Program-made: the position numbers and the translations under genes
In this document: in pieces, positions 22,640-30,326 of the stretch
Layout: each line of letters starts with the position of its first letter
How positions within the stretch are numbered: position 1 is the stretch's first letter
Notes under the pieces: generated by a model
Databases searched by the model: none
The model's input: the letters and a program-made list of their open reading frames with translations, nothing else
Told to the model about the DNA's origin: nothing
Virus record (IMG/VR): IMGVR_UViG_3300035670_000511
Direction: 5' to 3' (one strand)
DNA from: a virus
Length of the DNA stretch: 41,119 nt

Positions 22640-23217
22640 GCAGCCTTGAAGGGGTTGCCTCCCGTGAGAAGTCGGGAGATGTCAAAGCCTTCGGCCTTGG
22701 CTTCGAGCCAGGCGGCGTCGATGTGCTCTTGGCTGCCCTTCTTGCGGGGGACCGGGCGGACGGTGTACTCGGTGAGCAAGCCGGTGCCCTTCTTACCGAT
22801 CGTGAAGTCCCACTCCAGCAGGTTTTCGTAGTCCTCCATCTGGGAGATTTGGTCGATCTCCTTGAGGATGGACTTCTGGGTGATCTGCAGGACCTGGACT
22901 TTGCCGGACTCGTAGTTGTAGACCGGGCAGGCGATGGCGAACTTGACGTCGGCAGTGCCAGGGCCGCCGCGGCCTTCGCGGGGCTCGAACTCGCCCATCT
23001 CAGTGGTTACGTCCTCGATGGTGGGCTCGTAGTCGAAGCGGAAGGGCTTGGAGGCGCCGTTGGCTTGGCCCCAGCACTCGTAGAACTCCAGGGGTTCGTC
23101 GGTAAGGAGGGCGAAGCGGACGGAGCCGCCGTCGGGGAGCTTGCTGAGGCTGAGGTAGCCGCCGCCGGTGCTGTTGGACGTAACAGCAGCAGAGGCTTGC
23201 TTGGAAAGGAAAGGCAT
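22636..23217 (-). CDS. Putative ssDNA-binding / annealing protein
   Basis: I trimmed the ORF to the ATG at 23217 (MPFLSKQASAAV..). It is the first gene of the leftward early block and is adjacent to the exonuclease. The call rests on size and context only. Confidence 0.3.
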   Translation of the reverse strand: MPFLSKQASAAVTSNSTGGGYLSLSKLPDGGSVRFALLTDEPLEFYECWGQANGASKPFRFDYEPTIEDVTTEMGEFEPREGRGGPGTADVKFAIACPVYNYESGKVQVLQITQKSILKEIDQISQMEDYENLLEWDFTIGKKGTGLLTEYTVRPVPRKKGSQEHIDAAWLEAKAEGFDISRLLTGGNPFKAA

Positions 23218-23363
23218 TGTGTTTTCCGGTGTTTTGGTGGTCGCCCGAGGGCAACGTCTATGACAGTAACACGGGATTGACGGGACGGCTACCCTAGTAA
23301 AACGCCCCAGCCGCGGAAGGCGGCCAGGGCGCAAGTCAAACATTCCTGTAGGAGTCTAACACT
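23218..23363. promoter_or_regulatory. Divergent early control region between the leftward (SSB-like) and rightward (primase) blocks
   Basis: This is a 146-bp non-coding gap between divergent genes. TTGACG at 23277-23282 is followed by TAAAAC after about 15 nt. GGAG lies 9 nt before the GTG start at 23364. I am not confident of either promoter element. Confidence 0.35.
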
Positions 23364-25784
23364 GTGTCTCGTAAGACGCAAGAATTGCTGGCTTTTGTGC
23401 GCCAGCTACCTGACGGCTTTGCTTACGCCCCTATTTATGCCAAGGGTGAGGTTTTACCTTCAGGCTCTGTAAGCAAGGGCAAAACACCGACAAAGCGCAG
23501 TCATGACACGGTGATGAGCCCGGCTGACGTTGCGCTTCAGATCGAGCGGCAACCTGAAGTGTTCCAGGCGGTCGGGGTTTTTACCGGCGGTCGCAGCATG
23601 GGACTTGTGATTCTTGATGTGGATCGCAATCTCAGCCGTCTCAAAAAGAAGTGGGGCGAGACGTTGGAAGGTGCGCCTGTGGTTACGAGCACCAAGGCCA
23701 ATGCGGCGAAGTATCTGTTCCGCGTCCCAGAGGCTCTGTGGGGCTCGGTGCAAGGTTTTGGGCTGTCGGATACCGGGGCGGGCTACGAGGTCCTCTGGGG
23801 CCGTCAGGGGGTCATCTACGGGGCTTATCCGGGCTCTAGCGATGGGAAGGCGCCGGAAGGTTCTTACGGCTTTGAGGGCGATTTGGAGGCCATCCCAGAG
23901 GCTCCAGCGTGGTTGTTGGCGGAGATGAAGGAGCGGGCGGGGAAAGGTATTGAAGATGCTGGCTTCATTCGGAACCGCAAGGCGCTTGATTTTTCGGATC
24001 GGGATCCGGCTGAGGTGGCTGAAATTATTCAGTCGGCGCTGAAGGTAATTCCGGGGCAGGGGGCTGGCAGCCGGGACCACTGGGTGAAGGTGGGGATGGC
24101 GATCCACAGCGAACTGCCCAATGACCTCGGTTTAACGCTGTGGTCAGCTTGGTCTGCTGAGGATCCGGAGTTTTCACAGGATTGGGAAGAGGGCAATCCC
24201 TGTGACGCTGCGTGGAAAAGTTTTCGAAAGGGGCCGGTGAGCTTGGGGACGTTGTTCTGGATGGCGGACCAGCAGATGCCGGGGCGGCTGTGGCTGTCGG
24301 AGGATCTGCGGAAGGTTGTTTCGGAAGCGGAGCAGGACCGCGTTCAGCGGTTTATTTCCGTGGGCTTATCCCACAAGGAGATCATCGCTCGCGCTGAAAA
24401 AGCGATGTTGCTGGAGGATCCTTCAGAGGTCCAGCACACGCTCCACGAAATTGCAATGGAGGCCCGTTATCGGGATTCCAGTGCTGTTTCGCGGTTGCTT
24501 ATTGCCCACCGTGAGTTCAAACGTGGGGCGCAAGGTGGCAGTTTGCGTGAACTTTTGGAAGCGGATGTGTCGCCCATCGAGTATTTGATTCCTGAATTAC
24601 TGCCTAAGCCGGGCACTCTGCTGCTTCATGGCCGTGGTGGTTGCGGTAAGACCATGGCTGCCCTGACCATTGCCAAGCACATTGCCCGCGGCACCCCATT
24701 CAGTGTTCGCGGGGCTGATGTGCCAGTTGAACAGGGAAGCGTACTGTGGCTTAACGGTGATCAGAACAGCCGCCGGATCCGCAAGCAATTTGAGGATCTT
24801 GATTTTGTGGCCGACGATCCGGTGAGGATCGAGAACAAGGTTTCGATGCTTTGGTACGACTGGTTTATCAAAGCGGTCGAGAAACACCAGCCGAAGCTTG
24901 TTGTGTGGGATTCGGTGACTGCCTGTATGCGCGGCTGTGCATACGACCAAAACAAAGCCGAGTACGCAGAACCTATGTACTGGTACAGCTCTGAGAACGG
25001 AGAGAGCTTCCCGGCCACCACCATCGTGTTTATCCACCACGCCAACAAGGAGGGCGGTTTCCGGGGAACCACGGCATTGGAAGACGCTGTGGACATTTCA
25101 ATGGCCATCCGCAGGCCCGAGAAAAAAGAGCTGGATTACATCGGTGCTAGTTCCAGGCTTATCACCATCACCAAGAGCCGCGAGGGCAACGAAGGCAAGC
25201 AGCTCAAGCTGACCCAGCAGGACGACCTGACCTTCAGCCTGGCTGACGTGGAAACGCCTGAGGACCAGAGTCAGCCCGCGTCGGTAGTAGATCGGGTGCT
25301 GGTGCGGCTGCGGGAAAGCGGTAGGCCGCTACTTCGTACTCAACTAAACGCCGATCCTTTGTGCGGTGGAAAGGTTGAGGCGATCCGCAAGGCGTTAGAG
25401 CGCCTGGAGGACAAGGGGCTGGTTCGCTCCAGTGGTCAAGGCCGTTCCAAGCAGTACGAAGCTGTACTCGCACGCGCGGGGGGTGTGGACAATAGTGTCC
25501 TAAAACCGGAAAACACCAGTGCTGGCACTGGATCTGGCACTCGGACAAACCTGGACAAGCCCAAAATTGTCCGGGTTTTGACCTCGGGAGAAGGTTTAAA
25601 AGGCGAAACCGGACAAACCCGGACAGAACCGGACAAAATCGAGGCATTGTCCGAGGCAATTTCCTTGCCGCGCAATGCCTCTGACGAAACCGGACAAGAT
25701 TCCGGGTCGATCTTCACGCGCGAGGAGCGTTCGGGGGCAGAACTCAACTCCCTGATGGAGGAAGCCGCACGGCTGTGGGACTGA
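23364..25784 (+). CDS. Bifunctional primase-polymerase / replicative helicase (prim-pol N-terminus, PriCT-like middle, RepA/DnaB-type P-loop ATPase, C-terminal winged helix)
   Basis: 806 aa. ..MGLVILDVDRNL.. is a prim-pol acidic motif. ..HWVKVGMAIHSELPND..AWKSF.. resembles PriCT. Walker A is HGRGGCGKT and Walker B-like is KLVVWDSV. ..VLVRLRESGRPLLRTQL....ALERLEDKGLVRSSG.. looks like a winged helix. Confidence 0.8.
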   Translation: MSRKTQELLAFVRQLPDGFAYAPIYAKGEVLPSGSVSKGKTPTKRSHDTVMSPADVALQIERQPEVFQAVGVFTGGRSMGLVILDVDRNLSRLKKKWGETLEGAPVVTSTKANAAKYLFRVPEALWGSVQGFGLSDTGAGYEVLWGRQGVIYGAYPGSSDGKAPEGSYGFEGDLEAIPEAPAWLLAEMKERAGKGIEDAGFIRNRKALDFSDRDPAEVAEIIQSALKVIPGQGAGSRDHWVKVGMAIHSELPNDLGLTLWSAWSAEDPEFSQDWEEGNPCDAAWKSFRKGPVSLGTLFWMADQQMPGRLWLSEDLRKVVSEAEQDRVQRFISVGLSHKEIIARAEKAMLLEDPSEVQHTLHEIAMEARYRDSSAVSRLLIAHREFKRGAQGGSLRELLEADVSPIEYLIPELLPKPGTLLLHGRGGCGKTMAALTIAKHIARGTPFSVRGADVPVEQGSVLWLNGDQNSRRIRKQFEDLDFVADDPVRIENKVSMLWYDWFIKAVEKHQPKLVVWDSVTACMRGCAYDQNKAEYAEPMYWYSSENGESFPATTIVFIHHANKEGGFRGTTALEDAVDISMAIRRPEKKELDYIGASSRLITITKSREGNEGKQLKLTQQDDLTFSLADVETPEDQSQPASVVDRVLVRLRESGRPLLRTQLNADPLCGGKVEAIRKALERLEDKGLVRSSGQGRSKQYEAVLARAGGVDNSVLKPENTSAGTGSGTRTNLDKPKIVRVLTSGEGLKGETGQTRTEPDKIEALSEAISLPRNASDETGQDSGSIFTREERSGAELNSLMEEAARLWD
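25487..25697. repeat. Iteron cluster (CC)GGACAA / TTGTCC(GG): about 10 copies including 3 tandem copies at a 10-bp period. Candidate origin of replication inside the 3' end of the primase-helicase gene.
   Basis: Forward GGACAA starts at 25487, 25543, 25553, 25611, 25631 and 25692, with GGACAG at 25621. Inverted copies start at 25496 (TGTCC), 25567 and 25647. The 12-mer GAAACCGGACAA occurs at 25605 and 25686. Confidence 0.7.
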
Positions 25785-26128
25785 TGGACAAGTTCAGACC
25801 GCCTAACTTTTTCCTAGGGCTCATGCGGGTTGCCGCGTGGGTGATCTGGAGAGAACCCGTGGCTAAACCTGAATCGCCTCAGCCGAAGCGTCCCAGGAAG
25901 CCAACGCTGGGTTACACCGTCGGTGACATCCCCTTCGACCTACTGGCCGTGGTGCGCGTGCAGTGGTACCGAAGGGGCCGAGCCTACGAGGTCGAGGAGT
26001 ACCAGATCGAGGAGTGCCCTGATGCCCACTCGAAGTTCCACTACATGGTTGGGACGGCGCTCAAACAGGGCGCTGACGTCTGCGTTTTGACCCAGTACCA
26101 GCCGGAAGACTTAGGAGTCCCAGTGTGA
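25784..26128 (+). CDS. Hypothetical protein (114 aa)
   Basis: The ATG overlaps the primase stop (TGATG). Confidence 0.5.
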   Translation: MDKFRPPNFFLGLMRVAAWVIWREPVAKPESPQPKRPRKPTLGYTVGDIPFDLLAVVRVQWYRRGRAYEVEEYQIEECPDAHSKFHYMVGTALKQGADVCVLTQYQPEDLGVPV

Positions 26129-26202
26129 TACCGCCTGTTGTGGTCTTCGGGTTGACGTGGCTGCTGGGGATGCTGGTGGTCACCGTCTATCTCACCCAAT
26201 AG
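26125..26202 (+). CDS. Possible 25-aa hydrophobic micro-ORF (MIPPVVVFGLTWLLGMLVVTVYLTQ)
   Basis: The GTG overlaps the upstream TGA (GTGA). It has a single predicted TM-like stretch. It is below the track cut-off and the call is speculative. Confidence 0.25.
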   Translation: MIPPVVVFGLTWLLGMLVVTVYLTQ

Positions 26203-26262
26203 GCCACATGAAGAATTGCAACAGCCCGGCTGGACGCTCAGCTGGCTGTGTGCAACAGTAAG

Positions 26263-26284
26263 GGCACGCCCGCAACGGCGTGCC
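26263..26284 (+). terminator. Stem-loop (8-bp GC stem) between early sub-operons
   Basis: GGCACGCC-cgcaac-GGCGTGCC followed by TTCTATTA. Confidence 0.45.
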
Positions 26285-26301
26285 TTCTATTACTGATTGA
26301 C

Positions 26302-26544
26302 ATGGACGATTTCACCTGCACCAAAGTTGACAACATCAAACTCAGCCCGTGGTACTTCGCCGTCCACTGGTCCGTTGTCCACCTTCAAGAAAAGATCGTC
26401 GAGATCGAGCGTCTCGGCGTAGACCCGACCTACGACATGCTCCAGCTCAAGCAGCTTCAGGATCTGGAACAGTTCTTGAAGATGAGCTGGGATGCCTGGA
26501 TGGATGGCATCGAAGCCCGCCAAACTGCTACGGAGGCCAAATGA
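26302..26544 (+). CDS. Hypothetical protein (80 aa)
   Basis: I trimmed the ORF to the ATG at 26302, after the stem-loop. The upstream part of the track ORF spans the hairpin. Confidence 0.5.
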   Translation: MDDFTCTKVDNIKLSPWYFAVHWSVVHLQEKIVEIERLGVDPTYDMLQLKQLQDLEQFLKMSWDAWMDGIEARQTATEAK

Positions 26545-26804
26545 CTTCGGTACTCGAAATTGAGGATCTCTGGTTTGAGGATGGTGGCTCCCGCATTGTT
26601 GTTGATGCCGTTGTGGATGACATGGTGGTGGTCCACTCGCAAACGCATCTCGATCCACCAGAGTGGGGGCCTGCCTTGTGCAGAGGCTCCTTCTACCTTC
26701 ACGAAGAGGATCTGATTCCCGCCAGCGATGACGGACTGCGCAAACTCCTCTCCGAGCGAATCGACGACTGGGCGCCGCTCGACACGTCTGATTGGGACGA
26801 CTGA
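26541..26804 (+). CDS. Hypothetical acidic protein (87 aa)
   Basis: The ATG at 26541 overlaps the upstream stop (ATGA), with GGAGG 5 nt upstream. Confidence 0.55.
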   Translation: MTSVLEIEDLWFEDGGSRIVVDAVVDDMVVVHSQTHLDPPEWGPALCRGSFYLHEEDLIPASDDGLRKLLSERIDDWAPLDTSDWDD

Positions 26805-27054
26805 AGCCCGCGAGCTTCGGAACCAGCTCGATTACGACGACTGGGAATACGGCACCGAGCCAATCCCTGGCGACACGCACTGGGTCCGCGCCAAAACGCT
26901 GACCCAGCTCTATCGTCACCTGATCTACGTGTTTGCCACCAGCGACACGATCTGCTCCAGCAGACTCGCCAAGCTGGCCATCCACGAGATTCTCAAGTTG
27001 CGTCTCACGGATCTCACCCGGTTACGCCACCAAGACCCTAGGTATTTCGCATGA
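26728..27054 (+). CDS. Hypothetical protein. The start is uncertain.
   Basis: The only ATG/GTG/TTG start in this frame is at 26728, which overlaps the previous gene by 77 nt. The 3' end is coupled to the next gene (ATGA). Confidence 0.4.
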   Translation: MTDCANSSPSESTTGRRSTRLIGTTEARELRNQLDYDDWEYGTEPIPGDTHWVRAKTLTQLYRHLIYVFATSDTICSSRLAKLAIHEILKLRLTDLTRLRHQDPRYFA

Positions 27055-27245
27055 ACTTCGACTGGTACAACGACTACTATCGGCAGTCCCGGGGCTACGG
27101 CCCCGGGGAAATCGCCGATCTCTATCGGCAACCTGCTAAACCCTCCACCTCTGTTCCAAGGGAATTTCAAGGGCGTTTTGCGACGCCCGCTGAATACGAC
27201 GCTTGGGTACAAGAGCGTTGGAGCATCTACACCAACGGCTATTGA
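27051..27245 (+). CDS. Hypothetical protein (64 aa)
   Basis: ATGA overlap upstream and TGATG overlap downstream. Confidence 0.5.
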   Translation: MNFDWYNDYYRQSRGYGPGEIADLYRQPAKPSTSVPREFQGRFATPAEYDAWVQERWSIYTNGY

Positions 27246-27502
27246 TGACTGAAAACAATCTGGTTCCGTTCTACAGGTCCTTCCTGTTGAGCCAGACCGT
27301 TTACTTGGACAAGATCAAGGACATGCCGCTTCGAGACCTGGAGCTGCTCAACGTGGAAACGCTGGCAGCCCTCAACGAAGCTCGGCATAACTACGCCGCG
27401 ATCGAGAACAAGCAAAGCGAGGATGCCAGCAATGAATTTCGGCGCATGAAAATCGCCGGCTACTTCCAGGCTGCGCTCCAGATCGAACTAGCCAACCGCT
27501 AA
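27245..27502 (+). CDS. Hypothetical protein (85 aa)
   Basis: I trimmed the ORF to the ATG at 27245, which overlaps the upstream TGA. Confidence 0.5.
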   Translation: MTENNLVPFYRSFLLSQTVYLDKIKDMPLRDLELLNVETLAALNEARHNYAAIENKQSEDASNEFRRMKIAGYFQAALQIELANR

Positions 27503-27531
27503 TCCTGTACTACACTCTCACCGTTCTACTG

Positions 27532-27921
27532 ATGATCATGCACATCCTTTCTGACCAACAGTTCCAGCAGATCACCACTGCCCTAGAGCACGCCTTCGTG
27601 GCCATCAACGCCTGCCAGCACGTCGAACTGGACGTGACCAAGCCGGCAATCGCACCAGCAGCTAAACCTGCACGCGCAACCACCGTCCAAACTCCGAAGT
27701 CTCAAAGTAAGACTCGTGTGTCGCGCCGCAAGAAGAGGGCGGCGTTGACGGAGAAGAAGGTGCTGGAGATCAAGCGCCAGCTGCAGGCTGGTGGTAAGTC
27801 GGTCGCCAAGATTGCTAAGGAGTTTGGCGTTCACAGCACCACGATTAACTGTATTAAGTGGAACAAAACGTGGAAACACGTGACGCTCCAGCAGGATCAG
27901 CCCACCACGGTGGTGATCTGA
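27532..27921 (+). CDS. HTH DNA-binding protein
   Basis: The C-terminus ..LTEKKVLEIKRQLQAGGKSVAKIAKEFGVHSTTINCIKWNKTWKHV is a classic HTH (resolvase/NUMOD-like) preceded by a basic linker. Confidence 0.55.
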   Translation: MIMHILSDQQFQQITTALEHAFVAINACQHVELDVTKPAIAPAAKPARATTVQTPKSQSKTRVSRRKKRAALTEKKVLEIKRQLQAGGKSVAKIAKEFGVHSTTINCIKWNKTWKHVTLQQDQPTTVVI

Positions 27922-27922
27922 A

Positions 27923-28435
27923 GTGTCGATCCTGTGTGACCACCAGATTGTGTCGCTGGTGCGGCGGAATCTGGTAAGCCCCTACGACCAGGAGATGGTG
28001 AATCCCGCGAGTCTCGATGTGAGACTCGGCGAGAACATTATGGTGGAGTCGCCGTTGACTAACCACTTAGTCCATTGCTCGATTGTGGGGCACACGCAGG
28101 AGGAACCTTTCTTGCTCCAGCCGCATGAGTTCATACTCGCGGAGACGTTGGAGGAGTTCCAGTTGCCTGACTGTATTGCCGGGCAGCTGGCGCTCAAATC
28201 CAGCCGAGCCAGGGAAGGTATCGAACATTTGCTCGCTGGGTACATCGACCCCGGTTACAAAGGACGGTTGACGCTGGAGTTGCAAAATGCACGCGCTATG
28301 CACCCAGTTGCGTTGTGGCCTGGGATGCGGATTGCACAGATTGTGTTCCACCGTATGTCGATGTTGCCCGGCAAAGACTATTCGATGACTGGCCGTTACC
28401 ACGGCGATACCACCGTTCAGGAATCCAAAGGATGA
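27923..28435 (+). CDS. dcd: dCTP deaminase (dUTPase superfamily)
   Basis: ..NPASLDVRLG.. , ..LALKSSRAREGIEHLLAGYIDPGYKGRLTLELQN......LWPGMRIAQIVF.. align, as I recall it, with E. coli Dcd (DVRLGN, GRSSLARLGL, IDPGW.G...LE, L.PGM.I). Confidence 0.85.
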   Translation: MSILCDHQIVSLVRRNLVSPYDQEMVNPASLDVRLGENIMVESPLTNHLVHCSIVGHTQEEPFLLQPHEFILAETLEEFQLPDCIAGQLALKSSRAREGIEHLLAGYIDPGYKGRLTLELQNARAMHPVALWPGMRIAQIVFHRMSMLPGKDYSMTGRYHGDTTVQESKG

Positions 28436-28695
28436 GCGACTTTCAGTTTCAGGTCAGTGATGCGGTGCATAACCCATCGCACTATGTGGCCGGCAAGTAC
28501 GAAGTCATTGACATCTTGGAGGATTGGGTCCAGCACGCGCCAGACGCTGTGGTTGGCTCGCTCCAGTGGCAATGTCTGAAATACCTCAGCCGGATGTGGC
28601 TGAAAAAAGATCCGCTGGAGGATGCGGAAAAGTGCCGGTGGTATTTGAACCGGCTGATTAACACCTTGGCGACGGAGGCTTATCGCAATGACTGA
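28432..28695 (+). CDS. DUF3310-like phage protein
   Basis: I trimmed the ORF to the ATG at 28432 (ATGA overlap with dcd). ..HNPSHYVAGKYEVIDILEDW.......LKYLSRMWLKKDPLEDAEKCRWYL.. fits the DUF3310 pattern. Confidence 0.6.
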   Translation: MSDFQFQVSDAVHNPSHYVAGKYEVIDILEDWVQHAPDAVVGSLQWQCLKYLSRMWLKKDPLEDAEKCRWYLNRLINTLATEAYRND

Positions 28696-29047
28696 CCACC
28701 CCATCACCCCACCGCCGGAGCTAGTGCAGCAATGGCTTGGCGAATTCTTTGGCTGCACGGTTAGCGGCGAGCTGGCTGATTCAGAGCAGTTTCTTGCTAC
28801 CCGCGCCACCCAATGGGGCGCAGACCAGGAGCTGGAGGCGTGCTGTGGTCTGCTAGTACAGCAAGGGTTTGACCTTGTTGACTACCTCCGCGCCGCACGC
28901 CGCCCCAAGCCACCGAGCTTGAAGGAGCAAGCCATGCAAGCCCTTTGCCGCTTTATGGCAAGCGAGGGCCACGAAGGCTGCACTGAAGAAGAGGTCGAAG
29001 ACGACTTCAACACCATCCGCCGCGCACTGGAGCAACTCGATGACTGA
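28688..29047 (+). CDS. Hypothetical protein (119 aa)
   Basis: The ORF overlaps both neighbours by 8 nt. Confidence 0.5.
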   Translation: MTDHPITPPPELVQQWLGEFFGCTVSGELADSEQFLATRATQWGADQELEACCGLLVQQGFDLVDYLRAARRPKPPSLKEQAMQALCRFMASEGHEGCTEEEVEDDFNTIRRALEQLDD

Positions 29048-29402
29048 CTACAAAGCAACGCCCGAAGAGTGGCGGAAGATTGAAAATAGTCAGGTATTTA
29101 ATGCAACGTTTCAGAAGTGCGTGCTGGAATTGCGTTCCAGGGTTGAAAAACTTGAGCTGGGTGCCGGAATTCACCAGGCCGTGGCCAATGAGGTGGGGCG
29201 CATGTATTCCATGCCTATTCCAGATCGCTGGTACTGGATTAGAGAATCGGCCGACGGTGATTGGTTTCCCGCTTTTTACCACAAAACGGTTGGGTGGACT
29301 AATGGGGATACTTGGGAAGACTGGGACAAACAAGTTGTGCAGTGGCATTTGATTCCATTGCCGCCATCAGAGCTTGAGCAGAAGGGGGATGCTGATGACT
29401 AA
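29040..29402 (+). CDS. Hypothetical Trp-rich protein (120 aa)
   Basis: The ORF is compact within the operon. Confidence 0.5.
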   Translation: MTDYKATPEEWRKIENSQVFNATFQKCVLELRSRVEKLELGAGIHQAVANEVGRMYSMPIPDRWYWIRESADGDWFPAFYHKTVGWTNGDTWEDWDKQVVQWHLIPLPPSELEQKGDADD

Positions 29403-29631
29403 ACTCTCTTCCCCAGCGCAGGCAATTTTGGATGCCTATCAGTTTGCACCAATCGACGATCACCTCACGGCTGCTGCTGTTCTTCGATCAGTTGCGGACC
29501 AGGTAGTGCCGGTTGAACTGCACCCTCAGGTCTACGAAGACTGTTGCCAGTATTCCAACGTGCAGGCCCGCGCTGGTATCCGCACTGAACTTCTCGCCAT
29601 CGCCGATGAGCTGGAGCAACTGGGTGACTAA
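29395..29631 (+). CDS. Hypothetical protein (78 aa)
   Basis: I trimmed the ORF to the ATG at 29395 (ATGACTAA overlap). Confidence 0.45.
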   Translation: MTKLSSPAQAILDAYQFAPIDDHLTAAAVLRSVADQVVPVELHPQVYEDCCQYSNVQARAGIRTELLAIADELEQLGD

Positions 29632-29842
29632 ACCACAAAGACCGCCGACTAAGACGTCGTTTCGGGAGGGGTCGATTCCGGGGACGGCGGTGTTGACGCC
29701 GCAGAACGCGCTGGATTTGAGGCATCTTTATGCCTCTGGCACTTCGATTGCGGAGTTGGCGAAGGTGTATGGGATTTCGTACCAGCACGCTTGGGACATT
29801 GTTAAAAACAAAAAGTGGAAAAATGCGTTGCGCCAGGTGTGA
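29606..29842 (+). CDS. HTH DNA-binding protein. The start is either ATG 29606 or GTG 29624.
   Basis: ..ALDLRHLYASGTSIAELAKVYGISYQHAWDIVKNKKWKNA is the same HTH flavour as the gene at 27532. Confidence 0.5.
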   Translation: MSWSNWVTKPQRPPTKTSFREGSIPGTAVLTPQNALDLRHLYASGTSIAELAKVYGISYQHAWDIVKNKKWKNALRQV

Positions 29843-30032
29843 TTACGAGCGGATGGATGTGGAGCGGACTTGCCGGGATACGGCGGAGTCGGTTTTGCGC
29901 CAGCGGAAATGCCCGGAATGTGGGTACAAAGTATTTACGGTTGAAGTTGAGTTGCCTGATGGGGCGGTTCAGCACACTCGAATCGGCAAGATGAAACGCC
30001 TGCCGGGATTTTTACGTTTTCGTTTTTTCTGA
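29823..30032 (+). CDS. NrdR-like zinc-ribbon protein without an ATP-cone (69 aa)
   Basis: MRCARCDYERMDVERTCRDTAESVLRQRKCPECGYKVFTVEVEL parallels, as I recall it, the NrdR N-terminus (MHCPFC....V.DSR.......RRRR.C..C..RFTT.E). Confidence 0.5.
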   Translation: MRCARCDYERMDVERTCRDTAESVLRQRKCPECGYKVFTVEVELPDGAVQHTRIGKMKRLPGFLRFRFF

Positions 30033-30304
30033 TGCAAGTTCCAATCAACAGCCGCCGCTGCATCCAGTGCGGCAGTATCACCACCAATGCCGTCTACTGC
30101 TTCAAGTGTTACCGCTCCAGCGATGCCGGAAAAGCGGAGTTGCGGATGCAGCATTTGTTGAGTAAGTACAAGCCGCTGCCGGATGGTGGGGAGTGCCGGA
30201 CCTGCGTTCACTGGTATCGCCGCTGCACGCTTGGATTTCCCGAGGGTGGGACGAAACTGGCTGAGCTGTGTGCGGCCAAAGAGCTTGACGGTGTGTTAGA
30301 GTAA
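30032..30304 (+). CDS. Cys-rich (zinc-finger-like) protein (90 aa)
   Basis: CxxC pairs are present (CIQCGS..., CFKCY, ..CRTCVHWYRRC). It has a TGATG overlap with the upstream gene. Confidence 0.5.
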   Translation: MQVPINSRRCIQCGSITTNAVYCFKCYRSSDAGKAELRMQHLLSKYKPLPDGGECRTCVHWYRRCTLGFPEGGTKLAELCAAKELDGVLE

Positions 30305-30326
30305 TACAGAACACGCCCTACCCGGC

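Noticed and set aside
23460-24107. 215-aa minus-strand ORF inside the primase-helicase gene
   Set aside because: It is an antisense frame, Arg/Pro/His-rich, and overlaps recognisable prim-pol motifs on the other strand.
26290-26985. 231-aa minus-strand ORF spanning several small plus-strand genes
   Set aside because: It is antisense to a chain of translationally coupled plus-strand ORFs (ATGA overlaps, one with GGAGG). It would also have to read through a terminator-like hairpin.
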